From Octopus sinensis (taxonomy: Eukaryota), in NCBI RefSeq assembly GCF_006345805.1, contig NW_021828177.1, positions 1 through 8,970 on the forward strand: a stretch of 8,970 nucleotides of DNA. The letters run 5' to 3'. Positions 8,369 to 8,970 of the stretch are shown piece by piece (within the stretch, counting starts at the first letter, position 1; every line of letters starts with the position of its first letter). The notes below the pieces were generated by a model. It was not told the DNA's origin, ran no database searches, and saw only the letters and a list, made by a program, of their open reading frames with translations. The position numbers and the translations under genes were made by a program.

Positions 8369-8541
8369 TCGGCATGATAGATTGCTAGCCACTACACAAT
8401 CTTTATTTTCTCTCTTTGTTTCTTTCTGTGAAGAGCGTAGGCCCGAACGTTAAAGTCTTTTTCATTCCCTGAGCGTTAAACTAATACATGTTTGTTGTCT
8501 ACACATCTGTCTTCGTCTTGTTTTTTTTTGCGAATTCTCCC
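8369..8541 (+). mobile_element. Short element embedded in (TA)n, possibly a Penelope-like pseudo-LTR remnant
   Basis: Complex 173-nt insert flanked on both sides by (TA)n. Contains gtgaagag-cgtaggcc-cgaacgttaaagtc, resembling the minimal hammerhead motif of Penelope-like elements. Strand inferred from that motif. Confidence 0.4.
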
Positions 8542-8615
8542 TATATATATGTATATATATATATATATACATACATATATATATATACATACATTTATAT
8601 ATCTAAGTATGTATG

Positions 8616-8655
<40 letters not shown>

Positions 8656-8686
8656 CGTGTGTGTGTATGTGTGTGTGTGTGTTTGT
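8542..8686. repeat. (TA)n/(TATG)n followed by (TG)n microsatellite
   Basis: Directly visible. Confidence 0.95.
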
Positions 8687-8970
8687 GCTTGCTTACCGAC
8701 CAAAGCCTTGTGAGTGGATTTGGTAGACGGAAACTGAAAGAAGCCCGTTGTATATATATATATATATATACATACATATATATTTATGTATATATGTATA
8801 TGTTTGCGTGTCTATGTTTGTCCCCCACTACCATCGCTTGACAATTGATGCTGGTACGTTTACGTCCACGTCACCTAGCGGTTCGGCAAAATACACTGAA
8901 AGGATAACTACTAGGCCTACAAAGAGTAAGTTCTGGGCTCGATTAGTTCGACTACAGGCGGTGCTCCAAC
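8687..8970 (+). mobile_element. SINE family C with deleted head region, runs off the window end
   Basis: gaccaaagccttgtgagtggatttggtagacggaaactgaaagaagcccg, internal (TA)n, then gtttgtcccc...ttcgactacaggcggtgctcc. Colinear with the reverse complement of 3221-3495. Confidence 0.88.

Noticed and set aside
131-8841. All ORFs in the six-frame track
   Set aside because: They are homopolymeric or dipeptide translations of microsatellites (I, HT, VC, YI, S, G/V runs) or short frames through SINE copies. No recognisable domain.

Overview
Eukaryotic, repeat-dense, apparently non-coding DNA (intergenic or intronic). No protein-coding gene, tRNA/rRNA gene or CRISPR array is supported. All listed ORFs are readthroughs of microsatellites or retroposon copies. 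The repeat families and very high microsatellite density resemble octopus (coleoid cephalopod) genomes; this is recognition, not a database result. Labels A-D are local to this window. Contents: three tRNA-derived SINE families (A, B, C; about 11 copies or fragments), a tandemly duplicated LINE-3'-end-like element (D), a DINE-1/HINE-like Helentron-associated non-autonomous element, an orphan hAT-type terminus, a (TA)n-embedded element with a degenerate hammerhead-like motif, and a ~1.9 kb G-skewed simple-repeat block. The points worth a second look are structural: a duplication with an abrupt divergence step, a SINE dimer inside one TSD, a tail-to-tail SINE fold-back, and SINE modules shared between families. 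I found no convincing novel biological system.
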